Assembly (NCBI GenBank): GCA_001192655.1
Contig: BBVC01000101.1
Coordinates: forward strand, 1 to 19,328
DNA length: 19,328 nucleotides
Reading direction: 5' to 3'
Origin: Caedimonas varicaedens
Lineage (GTDB): Bacteria > Pseudomonadota > Alphaproteobacteria > Caedimonadales > Caedimonadaceae
Below, piece by piece: positions 1 to 8,747 of this stretch; positions within the stretch are counted from its first letter, which is position 1, and each line of letters opens with the position of its first letter. The translations under genes and the position numbers were made by a program. The notes beneath the pieces were generated by a model. The model was not told the DNA's origin and made no database searches. It saw nothing but the letters and a program-made list of their open reading frames with translations.

Positions 1-301
1 TTTTAAAGGTTTTTAGCTATATCATGTTTACTTTTTACAATCTTCCTGTCCTTCAATACTTCCTTATTATCTAATGCATCCGATATAAAAGACGAGGAGG
101 ACGAAACAAAAAATGTTCCTCGATCTCGCATGAGAACTATTCCACCTTTACCGAATTATTTGAGCTCTGAACAAAAACAAATTTTTTGGAGATTGTGATG
201 CAGTTTCTGTCCTTACAAAGAGATATTCATTATGGAAATAATCAAAATATTGAGAAAGCTTTCTATCCTTGATTTTAAGGATTCTGTTCTTTTAAAGAAA
301 G

Positions 302-332
302 ATTCCCCAGACAAGTTCATCGTCCGGGGAAT
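302..332 (-). terminator. Candidate rho-independent terminator downstream of rpsA
   Basis: Imperfect hairpin ATTCCCC(302-308)/GGGGAAT(326-332) with inner GAC/GTC pairing. On the minus strand it is followed by a T-rich run (TTTCTTT). It sits ~10 nt after the rpsA stop. Confidence 0.4.
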
Positions 333-341
333 TTAAAGAGT

Positions 342-2081
342 TTATTCTTTTTCAGAATTATCGGTTTTTGCGGTTTGCTTATTTTCTTTCACCTTATCAA
401 AAGCGGCTCCAAGGATATCTCCAAGACTTGCACCACTATCGGCTGAACCATAAGTCGCCATTGCTTCTTTCTCTTCATGGATCTCACGCCCCTTGATAGA
501 AAGAGAAAGTTTGCGTGTTGTGCGATCAATATTCGTGACCTTTGCATCTACTTTCTCGCCAATGGCAAAACGATCTGTCCGTTGTTCGCTTCGTTCTTTG
601 GAAAGTTCTGCCTTACGGATGAATCCCGGAAGAGTCCCATTGATAGCAACGTCCAGCCCCTGATCCGTGATTCCTGTGATATCACAAGTCACAATATCTC
701 CTTTTTTGATCTCTGCAAGGCCAGAGGCATAAGGATCGGGTGAAAGCTGTTTGACACCCAGAGAAATACGCTCTTTTTCTGGATCAACTTCCAGTACTTT
801 TACGCGAATTTTGTCGCCTTTATTATACTTTCTGATGGCTTCTTCAGGAGAGTCTGTCCATGAAAGATCAGACATATGAACCATACCATCCAGATCATCA
901 GAAACTGCAATAAACAAGCCAAATTCTGTAATATTACGGACCTCTCCCTCAAACTCTGAGCCAACAGGGCGATCACTTGCAACCATGGACCATGGATTTT
1001 CCATACATTGTTTGATTCCCAAAGCAATACGGCGCTTGGCAGGATCAATCTCCAGAACCATAACTTCTATTTCCTGGCTGGTAGAAATGATCTTGCCAGG
1101 ATGTACATTTTTCTTTGTCCAACTCATTTCAGAGACATGAACAAGACCTTCAATACCAGAATCTAACTCTACAAATGCTCCATAATCAGCAATATTTGTA
1201 ACGGTACCCCGCAATTTCATTCCAACAGAAAATTTGGATCCTACTGTTTGCCATGGATCACTTTCCAGTTGTTTTATTCCCAGGGAAATACGTTGAGTAT
1301 CACGATTATAGCGAATGATCTGCACCTTGATTGTTTGTCCAACGTGCAGCACTTCTGAAGGGTGTGTAATGCGACGCCACGACATATCTGTGACATGGAG
1401 CAAACCATCAAGCCCCCCCAAATCCACGAAAGCTCCATAATCGGTGATATTTTTAACCACGCCCTCAAGAATCTTTCCTTCTTCAATGTTGGCAAGCAGT
1501 TCAGAGCGCGCCTCTGTCCTGGATTCTTCAATGAGAGTACGACGAGAAACAACAATGTTGCCGCGCGAACGATCCATCTTCAGAATTTGGAAGGGTTGTT
1601 CCTTGCCCATAAAGGGAGTGATATCCTTGATTGGGCGAACATCCAGCTGGCTTGCAGGCAAGAAAGCAACAGCACCATTAAGATCTACTGTGAAACCACC
1701 CTTGACACGACCAAAAATAATACCATTAACCGTTTGATTTGTCTTGTGAGCGCGCTCAAGCTCCTGCCATGAAGCTTCACGACGCGCTTTTTCATGACTC
1801 AAAACAATCAAGCCATCCCTGTCTTCCATTTTTTCTACATAGACTTCGACACGGTCTCCGATCTTAAGCGTAAGATCACGACCCGGCGTCGCAAATTCCT
1901 TCAAAGAGACGCGTCCCTCTGATTTCAGTCCTACATCGATAAGGGCAGATTCCTTATCCATACTGATAACAGAACCCTTAATAACTTTGCCAATAATATC
2001 CGCAGAGCCTTCAGGTGTTTCTTCAAGCATTTTGGCAAAATCTTCGATTTCACCGTGTTGGTTGTTTAGTTCAATAGACAT
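342..2081 (-). CDS. rpsA: 30S ribosomal protein S1
   Basis: 579-aa ORF with six repeated S1 (OB-fold) domains, recognisable from recurring GxV...ITDYGAFVDL / HVSE(D)MSW motifs. Lies in the classic cmk-rpsA arrangement. All overlapping track ORFs are shorter shadows. Confidence 0.95.
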   Translation of the reverse strand: MSIELNNQHGEIEDFAKMLEETPEGSADIIGKVIKGSVISMDKESALIDVGLKSEGRVSLKEFATPGRDLTLKIGDRVEVYVEKMEDRDGLIVLSHEKARREASWQELERAHKTNQTVNGIIFGRVKGGFTVDLNGAVAFLPASQLDVRPIKDITPFMGKEQPFQILKMDRSRGNIVVSRRTLIEESRTEARSELLANIEEGKILEGVVKNITDYGAFVDLGGLDGLLHVTDMSWRRITHPSEVLHVGQTIKVQIIRYNRDTQRISLGIKQLESDPWQTVGSKFSVGMKLRGTVTNIADYGAFVELDSGIEGLVHVSEMSWTKKNVHPGKIISTSQEIEVMVLEIDPAKRRIALGIKQCMENPWSMVASDRPVGSEFEGEVRNITEFGLFIAVSDDLDGMVHMSDLSWTDSPEEAIRKYNKGDKIRVKVLEVDPEKERISLGVKQLSPDPYASGLAEIKKGDIVTCDITGITDQGLDVAINGTLPGFIRKAELSKERSEQRTDRFAIGEKVDAKVTNIDRTTRKLSLSIKGREIHEEKEAMATYGSADSGASLGDILGAAFDKVKENKQTAKTDNSEKE

Positions 2082-2134
2082 TCGTTGTTAAAACCTTTCT
2101 CAAAACACAAAGCTGCCACCCTTTAAAAAGAACA

Positions 2135-2800
2135 TCAGGCCAGAGACTTTTTCTTCTTGGCAGAGCGACGCATCTCAATAAAAGCAATTGCTTTTTTGAG
2201 CACTTCTTCAGGAGTCAGTGTAGACGTATCAAGAGTGAGAGCATCCTCTGGCGATCGAAGCGGAGCTTCTGATCTTTGGCTATCTCTCAAATCACGCTCT
2301 ATCATATCCTGCAAGACAGAGCTATATATACTCTTAATTCCACGCGCCTGCAACTCTTTGAGACGTCTCTCTGCACGAATCTCAACCTGGGCTGTGACAA
2401 AGAACTTGACTGTCGCATCAGGACAAATAACTGTTCCTGTGTCCCGACCATCTAAAATAGTTCCCTGAAACCCCGCAGGCGGATTTTTAGCGAATTCCCT
2501 TTGAAAGTTCAGCAAGGCCTCTCGTACTTTATGAAATACAGCAACTTTTGACGAAGCGTCATTGGCTTCATGAGTACGCAGGTCGGGTCGCATCAAATCT
2601 TTAGGGGCAAGAGTGTGTGCGATCCTAGAAAGTTGAGTTTCATCATCCAATGGAATTCCTGCTTCAAGAGCTTGAACACCGATAGACCGATACAAAAGCC
2701 CCGTATCCAGCAAGGCCAGATCATAGTGGTGAGACAATGCACGAGCAAGCGTTCCTTTTCCGGCACCCGCGGGACCATCAATTGTGATAACGAATGTCAT
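2135..2800 (-). CDS. cmk: Cytidylate kinase
   Basis: 221 aa. N-terminal P-loop IDGPAGAGKGT, followed by LDTGLLYR and GRDTGTVICPDA motifs typical of Cmk. Immediately upstream of rpsA on the same strand. Confidence 0.93.
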   Translation of the reverse strand: MTFVITIDGPAGAGKGTLARALSHHYDLALLDTGLLYRSIGVQALEAGIPLDDETQLSRIAHTLAPKDLMRPDLRTHEANDASSKVAVFHKVREALLNFQREFAKNPPAGFQGTILDGRDTGTVICPDATVKFFVTAQVEIRAERRLKELQARGIKSIYSSVLQDMIERDLRDSQRSEAPLRSPEDALTLDTSTLTPEEVLKKAIAFIEMRRSAKKKKSLA

Positions 2801-2944
2801 AAATATACTCTTTGTCCAAATCGATAAAAGTTATAGTCTAATATGGATGCACATCGAATAACAGATATAATTTTGTAAGAAGAAAACCTTTGACTCAGTC
2901 TCTTCTTCATGGCAAATGCGTTATTAAGAAATACTCAAGGAGAA

Positions 2945-3277
2945 ATGAAAGTGAAGCCAGAGTGGGGAACAAAGCGTGTATGTCATAAGTGTGCCGTGCA
3001 TTTTTATGATTTGAATCAAGCAACATTCAAGTGTCCAAAGTGTGAAGCAGCCTATACTTCTGCTGATTTTGTATTAAAACATTCGAAATCAACAGAAAGC
3101 AGTAGCAAGAAAGAAATGCGCAAAAAAGCGGCACCTCTTGCACTAGAAGAACAGATAGAGGATATCAATACGGAAATCGATACGGAAATTGAGACAGATG
3201 ATCTGATTGAAGACGCGGACGATTTAGAAGATGAAGACGTTCATGCCGTCATCAAGCATGAAGAAGAGACAGAATAG
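2945..3277 (+). CDS. FYDLN_acid (TIGR02300) family zinc-ribbon protein with acidic C-terminal tail
   Basis: Contains WGTKRVCHKCAVHFYDLN...KCPKCE (CxxC...CxxC with the literal FYDLN motif) and a D/E-rich tail. The family-typical start is MKVKPEWGTKR at 2945, with AAGGAG just upstream. The track ORF extends to an alternative ATG at 2909. Confidence 0.8.
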   Translation: MKVKPEWGTKRVCHKCAVHFYDLNQATFKCPKCEAAYTSADFVLKHSKSTESSSKKEMRKKAAPLALEEQIEDINTEIDTEIETDDLIEDADDLEDEDVHAVIKHEEETE

Positions 3278-3296
3278 AAAAATACTTTCTATTCTG
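3270..3296 (+). terminator. Hairpin overlapping the stop codon of the FYDLN_acid gene
   Basis: Perfect 10-bp stem CAGAATAGAA(3270-3279)/TTCTATTCTG(3287-3296) with a 7-nt loop. There is no clear downstream T-run, so terminator function is uncertain. Confidence 0.3.
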
Positions 3297-3405
3297 CTCG
3301 AATGATTTAAGGCGATATCTTTTTCAGGTTTGTAGATATTTTCTGTTTATCCTAACCGCAATTGCACTGATGCCACTCAATCACTACCAACTAGAAGTTG
3401 ATACA

Positions 3406-3522
3406 CCCTGCGCCTTTCAAAACCTGGTGGGGCGTTGGACTTCGGGATTCGCCCCTGCTCACGTACCTTATACCCAACTTTTGAAATCCTTTGGGTATAG
3501 CGGTTGAGTTTTCAAGTATCTT
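3406..3522 (-). repeat. Structured RNA-like repeat, copy A (unclassified; possible small RNA gene)
   Basis: Inverted paralogue of 16408-16537. Read on the minus strand it has a 9-bp hairpin TATACCCAA/TTGGGTATA (3469-3477/3491-3499) with a 13-nt loop. A tetraloop hairpin GGGG-CGAA-TCCC follows (3444-3455), then ...GTCCAACGCCCCACCA (CCACCA = 3425-3430). The tail TTTTGAAA (3414-3421) is complementary to the hairpin loop. Confidence 0.4.
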
Positions 3523-3548
3523 GAATTTTCTCCAACGCAAAGACAATT

Positions 3549-4040
3549 TCAGAGTCTTTCGGGACGTGCATAAGTGCCCATCAATTCTGTTTTTCCTATA
3601 ATATGACCTTTCATAGCCTCTTCAACTTCCTGCTTTGTTACCCCTTCTGCAAGAGAAAGAAACGTGTCCAATGCGTAGAGTTTGAAAAAATAGCGATGAC
3701 GTTTGTCTGGTGGACAAGGACCATAATAGCCTTCCTTGCCATGACTTCCTTGGCCATTTTGTGTTCCTGCAGGCAAACTCTGGATGGCTTCCGGCAACTC
3801 AGAAACGGAAGACGGAATATTAAACAAAACCCAGTGATCCCAAATAGATAAAATCTTGCCATGAGAATCTTTGATGCCAAATGGAATATCGGGGTCATCC
3901 ACAATCAAGGCAAAACTTTTTGTTCCTTCCGGAGGATTGCGCCATTGAAGAGCTGGAGATACATTCTGGCCATCACATGTATATTTAGTGGGAATCTCTC
4001 CCATAGGCTCAAAATGAGGACTTAATAAAGTAAAGGCCAT
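3549..4040 (-). CDS. YbhB/YbcL family Raf-kinase-inhibitor-like (PEBP) protein
   Basis: Motifs IPTKYTCDGQNVSPALQW, GTKSFALIVDDPD, WDHWVLFNIP and YYGPCPP..RHRYFFKLYALD are typical of bacterial PEBP. The family-typical start MAFTLLSP is at 4040. The ORF also extends to an ATG at 4064 that overlaps the dsbA-like stop (TGATG), and to a TTG at 4067. Confidence 0.85.
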   Translation of the reverse strand: MAFTLLSPHFEPMGEIPTKYTCDGQNVSPALQWRNPPEGTKSFALIVDDPDIPFGIKDSHGKILSIWDHWVLFNIPSSVSELPEAIQSLPAGTQNGQGSHGKEGYYGPCPPDKRHRYFFKLYALDTFLSLAEGVTKQEVEEAMKGHIIGKTELMGTYARPERL

Positions 4041-4063
4041 GACATACCTTGCACAGAATTTCA

Positions 4064-4834
4064 TCAACCATCTTTTGAAGAAGCAAGATTATCTTGAGTT
4101 TTTTGCCCCTTTGATACAAGCTCTTTCAAATTCGCAAGACTCATTCCCCCAGGGATTAAAAGCTCACCAATTACAACGGTAGGTGTTCCGCTCACGCCAA
4201 GAGTTTCTGCTAGTTGACGATTGGCCGCAATAATTGATTTTATTTTGTCTGACTCCATATCTGCTAAAAGGCGTGATTGATTCAGCCCCAAACGAGCCGC
4301 CACCTTAATGATTTCTTCTTTTGTCACAGGCTGGTCTTCCTTAAACATTTCTTTTTGAAAATCAGTATATTTTCCCTGTAGTTTTGCGGCTAACATTGCT
4401 TTAACGGCTCTATCCGATGCCTCTCCAAAAATAGGCAAATCCTTAAAAACAACCTTCAACTCCTTAATGCCAGAGTCTCCAGACGTCGCTTGATCGAGGA
4501 TCTCGTGGAATTTTCTGCAATGTCCGCAATAGGGATCCATAAAGACGACCAGTGTCACAGGAGCATTTGCGGTGCCGGCGACATAATCATCAGGATTGTT
4601 AAATAACTGCGCGCTATTTTTCTGGATAAGAGCCTTGCTTTTTTCCATCTGTTCCTTCATTTGTCTTTGCTGAAGTTGTTCAAGAGCAGAAGCGAGAACT
4701 TCCGGATTCTTCATTAGATGATCATCAATGATTTTGCTGAGAGCTTCCTTTTGCTGGGATGTAAAAACTTTCTCATCAGCGTTTGCAAAAGGTGCAAGTA
4801 AAATACCGATAATCAACAAATATATGAACTGCAT
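4064..4834 (-). CDS. DsbA-family thiol:disulfide oxidoreductase, secreted
   Basis: 256 aa. N-terminal signal peptide (MQFIYLLIIGILLAPFANA), thioredoxin-fold active site YCGHCRKF, and C-terminal GVSGTPTVVIG motif. Confidence 0.85.
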   Translation of the reverse strand: MQFIYLLIIGILLAPFANADEKVFTSQQKEALSKIIDDHLMKNPEVLASALEQLQQRQMKEQMEKSKALIQKNSAQLFNNPDDYVAGTANAPVTLVVFMDPYCGHCRKFHEILDQATSGDSGIKELKVVFKDLPIFGEASDRAVKAMLAAKLQGKYTDFQKEMFKEDQPVTKEEIIKVAARLGLNQSRLLADMESDKIKSIIAANRQLAETLGVSGTPTVVIGELLIPGGMSLANLKELVSKGQKTQDNLASSKDG

Positions 4835-4988
4835 TCAATTCCTCCCCTATAAATTTCCTTAAGCCTAACTCATCTGGCCAATCCCAGCAACAAGAACTTG
4901 AAAGAAGTGAAAATCTGTCATTTTTTTCCTGAAAGGCAATGAAACAAAAAGTCTCAGAGGCTCTCAGGTTTTAAGTATTACATAGTGA

Positions 4989-5483
4989 TTAATTTCGTAT
5001 TTCATAAAGCATGTTTATGATTTCAGGTATTTCAAAATCTTTTTTATTTTGCTGGCTATCTTCGTACTTTTTCAATAATTTAAGAGCCGCAACGCTTTGC
5101 AGTTGTGCATGAGAGAAACGAGAAAATATAGTAGGAGCACCCATTGAATTTCCCCCCAGAGAATTTTTTGGCTCAGACTCAAGGGGTTTAATAAACTCAA
5201 GTAAGGTATCCTCTTGATCCACAGGACCACTTAAGCTTGTTATGTTCGCAAGGTCAGAGAGAGATGACGGGGAATGATCTTCTTGTACAACATTCTTTTG
5301 ATCTCGAAAAGAAACATGACTGGTTCTACTATCAATTTGAATATCATTTCTAAAGGGATGGCTTTCATAGGAAACGACGCGACCGAGGGGTTTTTTTACA
5401 ACCTCTATAGAGTCTTCAGCAAAAATATTGCTAAAACTCATTAAAAATTGATAACAAAGACTCACGCGAATGAGGTTTCTCAT
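4989..5483 (-). CDS. Hypothetical protein with hydrophobic N-terminus (possible secreted orphan)
   Basis: 164-aa ORF with a GGGAGA Shine-Dalgarno about 8 nt upstream of the ATG. S/D/E/Q-rich and I recognise no motifs. Lies directly downstream of xerC on the same strand. Confidence 0.5.
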   Translation of the reverse strand: MRNLIRVSLCYQFLMSFSNIFAEDSIEVVKKPLGRVVSYESHPFRNDIQIDSRTSHVSFRDQKNVVQEDHSPSSLSDLANITSLSGPVDQEDTLLEFIKPLESEPKNSLGGNSMGAPTIFSRFSHAQLQSVAALKLLKKYEDSQQNKKDFEIPEIINMLYEIRN

Positions 5484-5530
5484 TTTTATTCTCCCTGTAT
5501 AAATTATTCAAGCTCTTATAAAGAGTCTTG

Positions 5531-6502
5531 TCAAGACTTGTCTGTACGAGGATGTGCCTGCTGATAAACTTTAAGAAGCTTTGATGTTTCAACGCCCGTA
5601 TATCGTTGAGTGGTAGAAAGAGATGTATGTCCCAAAAGTTCTTGGACTGTTCTGAGATCTCCCCCCTCTGCCAACAAATGCGTAGCAAAACTGTGACGCA
5701 AGGCGTGAGGTGTCGCAGAATCAGAAAGCCCTAATTGATAACGCAAGCGCCTTATTTGTTTTTGAGCGATCCCTGGATTCAGTCGTTTCCCCTGAAGTCC
5801 AATAAACAAGGGGGACTGTAAATTTTTCCCATGAGGAGCTTGAGAAAGATAAATTTGAATCTTTTCAAGAACTTTTTTCTGAAGCGGTACCATGCGCTCT
5901 TTTTGCCCCTTGCCCTTTAATGTCAAGAATCGAAGAGAAGAAGGAATATCTTGAACATTTAAATTCAAAGCTTCTGAAATACGAAGTCCACATCCATAAA
6001 GAAGGGTAAAAAGAGCCTGATCCCTTGCATCAAGCCAAGGCTGCGTATTTTCCGGGATATGCGCATTTGTCAGTGCAAGAGCGCCTTCCACATGGATAGG
6101 ACGGGGCAAAGACGTTTTTAAACGGGGCAAGGAAAGAGAGGAAAGCGCACTGGATTTAAGCTGATATCTTTTATCCAAAAAGCGATTTAAAGACTTGAGC
6201 ATCGAAATCGCTCGCGCATTGGAACGATGAGAAACTCCCTCACCACTGCGATAAGATAAAAACGCTCGAAAATTTGACGGCGTCAAGCACTCAAAAAGCT
6301 GCATACTCAAGGGTTCACCCATATAACGTTGGATAAAAAGGCAGAACACTGTCAGATCCTGAAGATAATTGCGAATCGTTAGAGGAGAAAAATTCCTTTC
6401 TGCTTCCATCTCTTCTTCCCACGTCCGTATAGCGTCCAGAAAATCTTTTTGTACCTGAAAGGAGCTTTTTTTTTGCAGGAGCTTATCAAAAACTGAGGTC
6501 AT
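5531..6502 (-). CDS. xerC: Site-specific tyrosine recombinase XerC
   Basis: 323 aa. N-terminal SAM-like core-binding domain (SPLTIRNYLQDL). Catalytic motifs GLRISEAL, HALRHSFATHLL and LLGHTSLSTTQRYTGV. The SFATH / SLSTTQ pattern favours XerC over XerD, but that assignment is not certain. Confidence 0.8.
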   Translation of the reverse strand: MTSVFDKLLQKKSSFQVQKDFLDAIRTWEEEMEAERNFSPLTIRNYLQDLTVFCLFIQRYMGEPLSMQLFECLTPSNFRAFLSYRSGEGVSHRSNARAISMLKSLNRFLDKRYQLKSSALSSLSLPRLKTSLPRPIHVEGALALTNAHIPENTQPWLDARDQALFTLLYGCGLRISEALNLNVQDIPSSLRFLTLKGKGQKERMVPLQKKVLEKIQIYLSQAPHGKNLQSPLFIGLQGKRLNPGIAQKQIRRLRYQLGLSDSATPHALRHSFATHLLAEGGDLRTVQELLGHTSLSTTQRYTGVETSKLLKVYQQAHPRTDKS

Positions 6503-6517
6503 TCAGATCTTTCCTAT

Positions 6518-6883
6518 TTACAACGCAGGGGCAGATGTTTGTCCGTTAACAAGCGTCTGGGCTGATGCTAACGCTTGATCATAATCTTGCTTCAATTGAC
6601 TCGCACGCCCCATTTGCGTATAAATCTCTTGTAAATCATCGCAATTCTTTGAAGCCTGTCCAACAGCAATTTGAAAATCTCGCATTTGCTCAGGTTTAAG
6701 GCTGCGTCGTGCTTCCCAAAGCTGATCAATAGTTTTACGGCATTGTGTTGCTGTTTGCGCCAGAATTTCAGTAGAGAGGAGTGGAGGAACAGGGGGGACA
6801 TTTTCTTGAACGTGCAGATTTTCGCTCAAAAAACATCCCATTAAAACTGCGCATAAAACATTCCTTGATAATTTTATATCCAT
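6518..6883 (-). CDS. Hypothetical secreted protein or lipoprotein
   Basis: 121-aa ORF with signal-like N-terminus and a lipobox-like LMGC. The remainder is Q/A-rich and helical-looking. It stops 16 nt upstream of the xerC start, suggesting co-transcription. Confidence 0.5.
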   Translation of the reverse strand: MDIKLSRNVLCAVLMGCFLSENLHVQENVPPVPPLLSTEILAQTATQCRKTIDQLWEARRSLKPEQMRDFQIAVGQASKNCDDLQEIYTQMGRASQLKQDYDQALASAQTLVNGQTSAPAL

Positions 6884-7015
6884 ATTTATACTCTCGCGTC
6901 TCTTTACTTATAGATTATCCAAAAAAACCATCAAATACAAATTCATTCCCGAATCTTAGAGTGAAGGTGAGATAAAGCTTGCTATCTCGTGATTTCATCG
7001 CCATTAATAAGCATA

Positions 7016-7546
7016 ATGTCTCTCAAAATTTTTGGTCAAACAAGAGTGAAAAAAAGTCGTCGAGGATCTCCCTTTGAACGCGCCCGCATGGCGAGGTTGG
7101 CAAGCGTTCAGGCGTTTTATCAAATGATGCAGCAGGAGGAGCAATCTTCAGAGGTGGTTATTGCTGAGTTTATAAGCCTAAGATTCAATGGAGAAGACTA
7201 CGTTATTCAACCTGATCCTGTTTTATTTCGAAAACTTGTATCCAGTGCAGATAACAGAAAGTCTGAAATCTTCGATCTGATCAAGGCTTCCCTGAACAGA
7301 GAAGGACAATATGAAAGACTGGAATATGTATTAAAAGCCATTCTCTGTATCGCCAGCGCAGAATTGCTCGATCATCCGACGAACGTTCCTGCGCCTGTAA
7401 TTATTACTGAATATGTTGATATTACACACTCATTTTATGCGGGCAAGGAAACTTCTTTCGTTAACAGCTATCTCGACCGCCTGGCGCGTAATTTAGACTA
7501 CCCTATGACGAGACAAGTTATCACTGATCAGGCAGAACAAAACTAA
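7016..7546 (+). CDS. nusB: Transcription antitermination factor NusB
   Basis: ARMARLASVQAFYQM, the later AILCIASAELL, and the C-terminal FVNSYLDRLAR are NusB hallmarks. The start is ambiguous. ATG 7016 is used here; the track ORF begins at GTG 6989. Confidence 0.85.
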   Translation: MSLKIFGQTRVKKSRRGSPFERARMARLASVQAFYQMMQQEEQSSEVVIAEFISLRFNGEDYVIQPDPVLFRKLVSSADNRKSEIFDLIKASLNREGQYERLEYVLKAILCIASAELLDHPTNVPAPVIITEYVDITHSFYAGKETSFVNSYLDRLARNLDYPMTRQVITDQAEQN

Positions 7547-7594
7547 CTCTGGAAAGATTATTCTTTAAATCCTCCTTCCAATACCCTTCATTTA

Positions 7595-7631
7595 CTTAAC
7601 AACCCCCGATTAGAAATCGAGGGTTGTTAAG
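7595..7631 (+). terminator. Long hairpin terminator after nusB
   Basis: CTTAACAACCC(7595-7605)...GGGTTGTTAAG(7621-7631) with inner CGAT/ATCG pairing and a TAGAA loop, followed by TTT. It lies between the convergent nusB and rpsU genes. Confidence 0.6.
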
Positions 7632-7760
7632 TTTCCAAATGTTATTCTCAAGGTTTTCAAGAGTCTCTCGAAAGAAAAAACTCTTCCGAAACAAAGATTC
7701 AAAGAGAGACGCCAGAAAATATGGGTGCCCTAATAACTTCATTTCGAAAGAGGGAGAGAT

Positions 7761-7964
7761 TTAGAATCCTTCGCGTTCCATGCGCTTACGTTGAACTTTA
7801 CGAAGGCGTCGAATAGCTTCTGATTTTTCACGTTTTCTACGTTCAGACGGCTTTTCAAAATTACGACGCAATTTCATTTCACGAAAAAGACCTTCACGTT
7901 GTAACTTTTTTTTCAATAACCGTAGACCTTGCTCTACATTGTTTTCGCGAATCAAGACTTGCAC
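7761..7964 (-). CDS. rpsU: 30S ribosomal protein S21
   Basis: 67-aa highly basic protein (…[25 protein letters not shown]…). GTG start with AAGGAGAG upstream. Confidence 0.92.
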   Translation of the reverse strand: MQVLIRENNVEQGLRLLKKKLQREGLFREMKLRRNFEKPSERRKREKSEAIRRLRKVQRKRMEREGF

Positions 7965-8067
7965 GCTTCTTTCACTCTCCTTTCAAAAGTTTAGAATTTC
8001 TGCGCATAATGCGTTAAAATTTCCCCAACTATAGGGGAATACTCCCTCAAAGGAAAGGAAAAAGTTT

Positions 8068-8694
8068 ATGTCTTCCTCAATTCATAGCCCAGAAATCCAA
8101 AATGAAATTATTGGATATATGCTCAGTAATGTCTCTTCTCAAGGATGGACCTATGAAGCCCTGGAACAGGCTGTCATACAAGCAGGTTTTCAGGAAATAG
8201 ATGCCTTGCGCGCTTTTGATGGAGACGTTAACAAAGCTCTCTTTCATTTTATTCATATGATAGATCGTCAAATGAATGAAAAACTTGAACAGCTTGATAT
8301 GACTTCGATGCGTGTACGCGATCGAATTGCAACCGCCATACTGGTACGACTTGAATTAATGAAACCTTACCGAATGGCTTTGCCTAAAATTATCCGATAT
8401 CAAGCCACGTCCTCAAGAGGGACTCAAGCCCTGAAAACATTGGCTGGAACCGTCAGTGACATGTGGTATGCCGCAGGAGATCAGGCGACAGATTTTAATT
8501 ATTATTCAAAGCGCTTTCTTTTGGCAGGGGTCTACACTTCTACTCTGCTTTTTTGGCTAAAAGACGATTCTGCTGATTTTACTGAAACACATTCTTTTTT
8601 ATATCGACGTATTGATAATGTAATGAAAATTTCACTGGTGAAGGAAAAGGTAAAATCAACTCTTCAAAATCTGGGGAATTTTTTTACAAAATAA
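8068..8694 (+). CDS. COQ9-family protein (rpsU-divergently transcribed protein, TIGR02396-like)
   Basis: 208 aa. Transcribed divergently from rpsU, exactly as in the alphaproteobacterial family named for that arrangement. Helical, with a TetR-like N-terminus and the C-terminal YRRIDNVM pattern. Confidence 0.75.
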   Translation: MSSSIHSPEIQNEIIGYMLSNVSSQGWTYEALEQAVIQAGFQEIDALRAFDGDVNKALFHFIHMIDRQMNEKLEQLDMTSMRVRDRIATAILVRLELMKPYRMALPKIIRYQATSSRGTQALKTLAGTVSDMWYAAGDQATDFNYYSKRFLLAGVYTSTLLFWLKDDSADFTETHSFLYRRIDNVMKISLVKEKVKSTLQNLGNFFTK

Positions 8695-8725
8695 AAAGAC
8701 GACATCTTGGAAGGATGTCGTCTTT
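8695..8725. terminator. Bidirectional terminator between the COQ9-family gene and tlc
   Basis: Perfect 12-bp stem AAAGACGACATC(8695-8706)/GATGTCGTCTTT(8714-8725) with a 7-nt loop. Flanked by an A-run and a T-run, between convergent stop codons. Confidence 0.8.
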
Positions 8726-8747
8726 ATTAATGTATTCCGCACAATCC

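Noticed and set aside
7-198. 64-codon open frame at the window start with a hydrophobic N-terminus (FLAISCLLFTIFLSF...)
   Set aside because: An in-frame stop lies at 4-6 and there is no ATG/GTG/TTG before codon 42 (ATG 130). This leaves only a 22-aa peptide from a canonical start, so there is not enough evidence for a gene.
477-1772. Several 80-136-aa ORFs on both strands inside rpsA, and similar ones inside cmk, the PEBP gene, tlc, tsf, rpsB, uppS, cdsA and int
   Set aside because: All are nested within or antisense to longer ORFs that carry unmistakable family motifs. They are shadow ORFs.
3425-3500. Possible canonical tRNA or tmRNA on the minus strand, ending in CGCCCCACCA
   Set aside because: There is no 5' acceptor strand complementary to ACGCCCC at tRNA distance and no standard 5-bp/7-nt T-arm. 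I found no GGGGCG-type coding-piece start or plausible tag ORF downstream for a permuted tmRNA. The flanks at one-piece tmRNA distance lie inside a CDS. The CCA end is also absent from copy B. It is kept only as an unclassified element.
5431-5688. 85-aa minus-strand ORF spanning the xerC 3' end
   Set aside because: It overlaps both xerC and the 164-aa ORF out of frame, and no independent start signals were seen.
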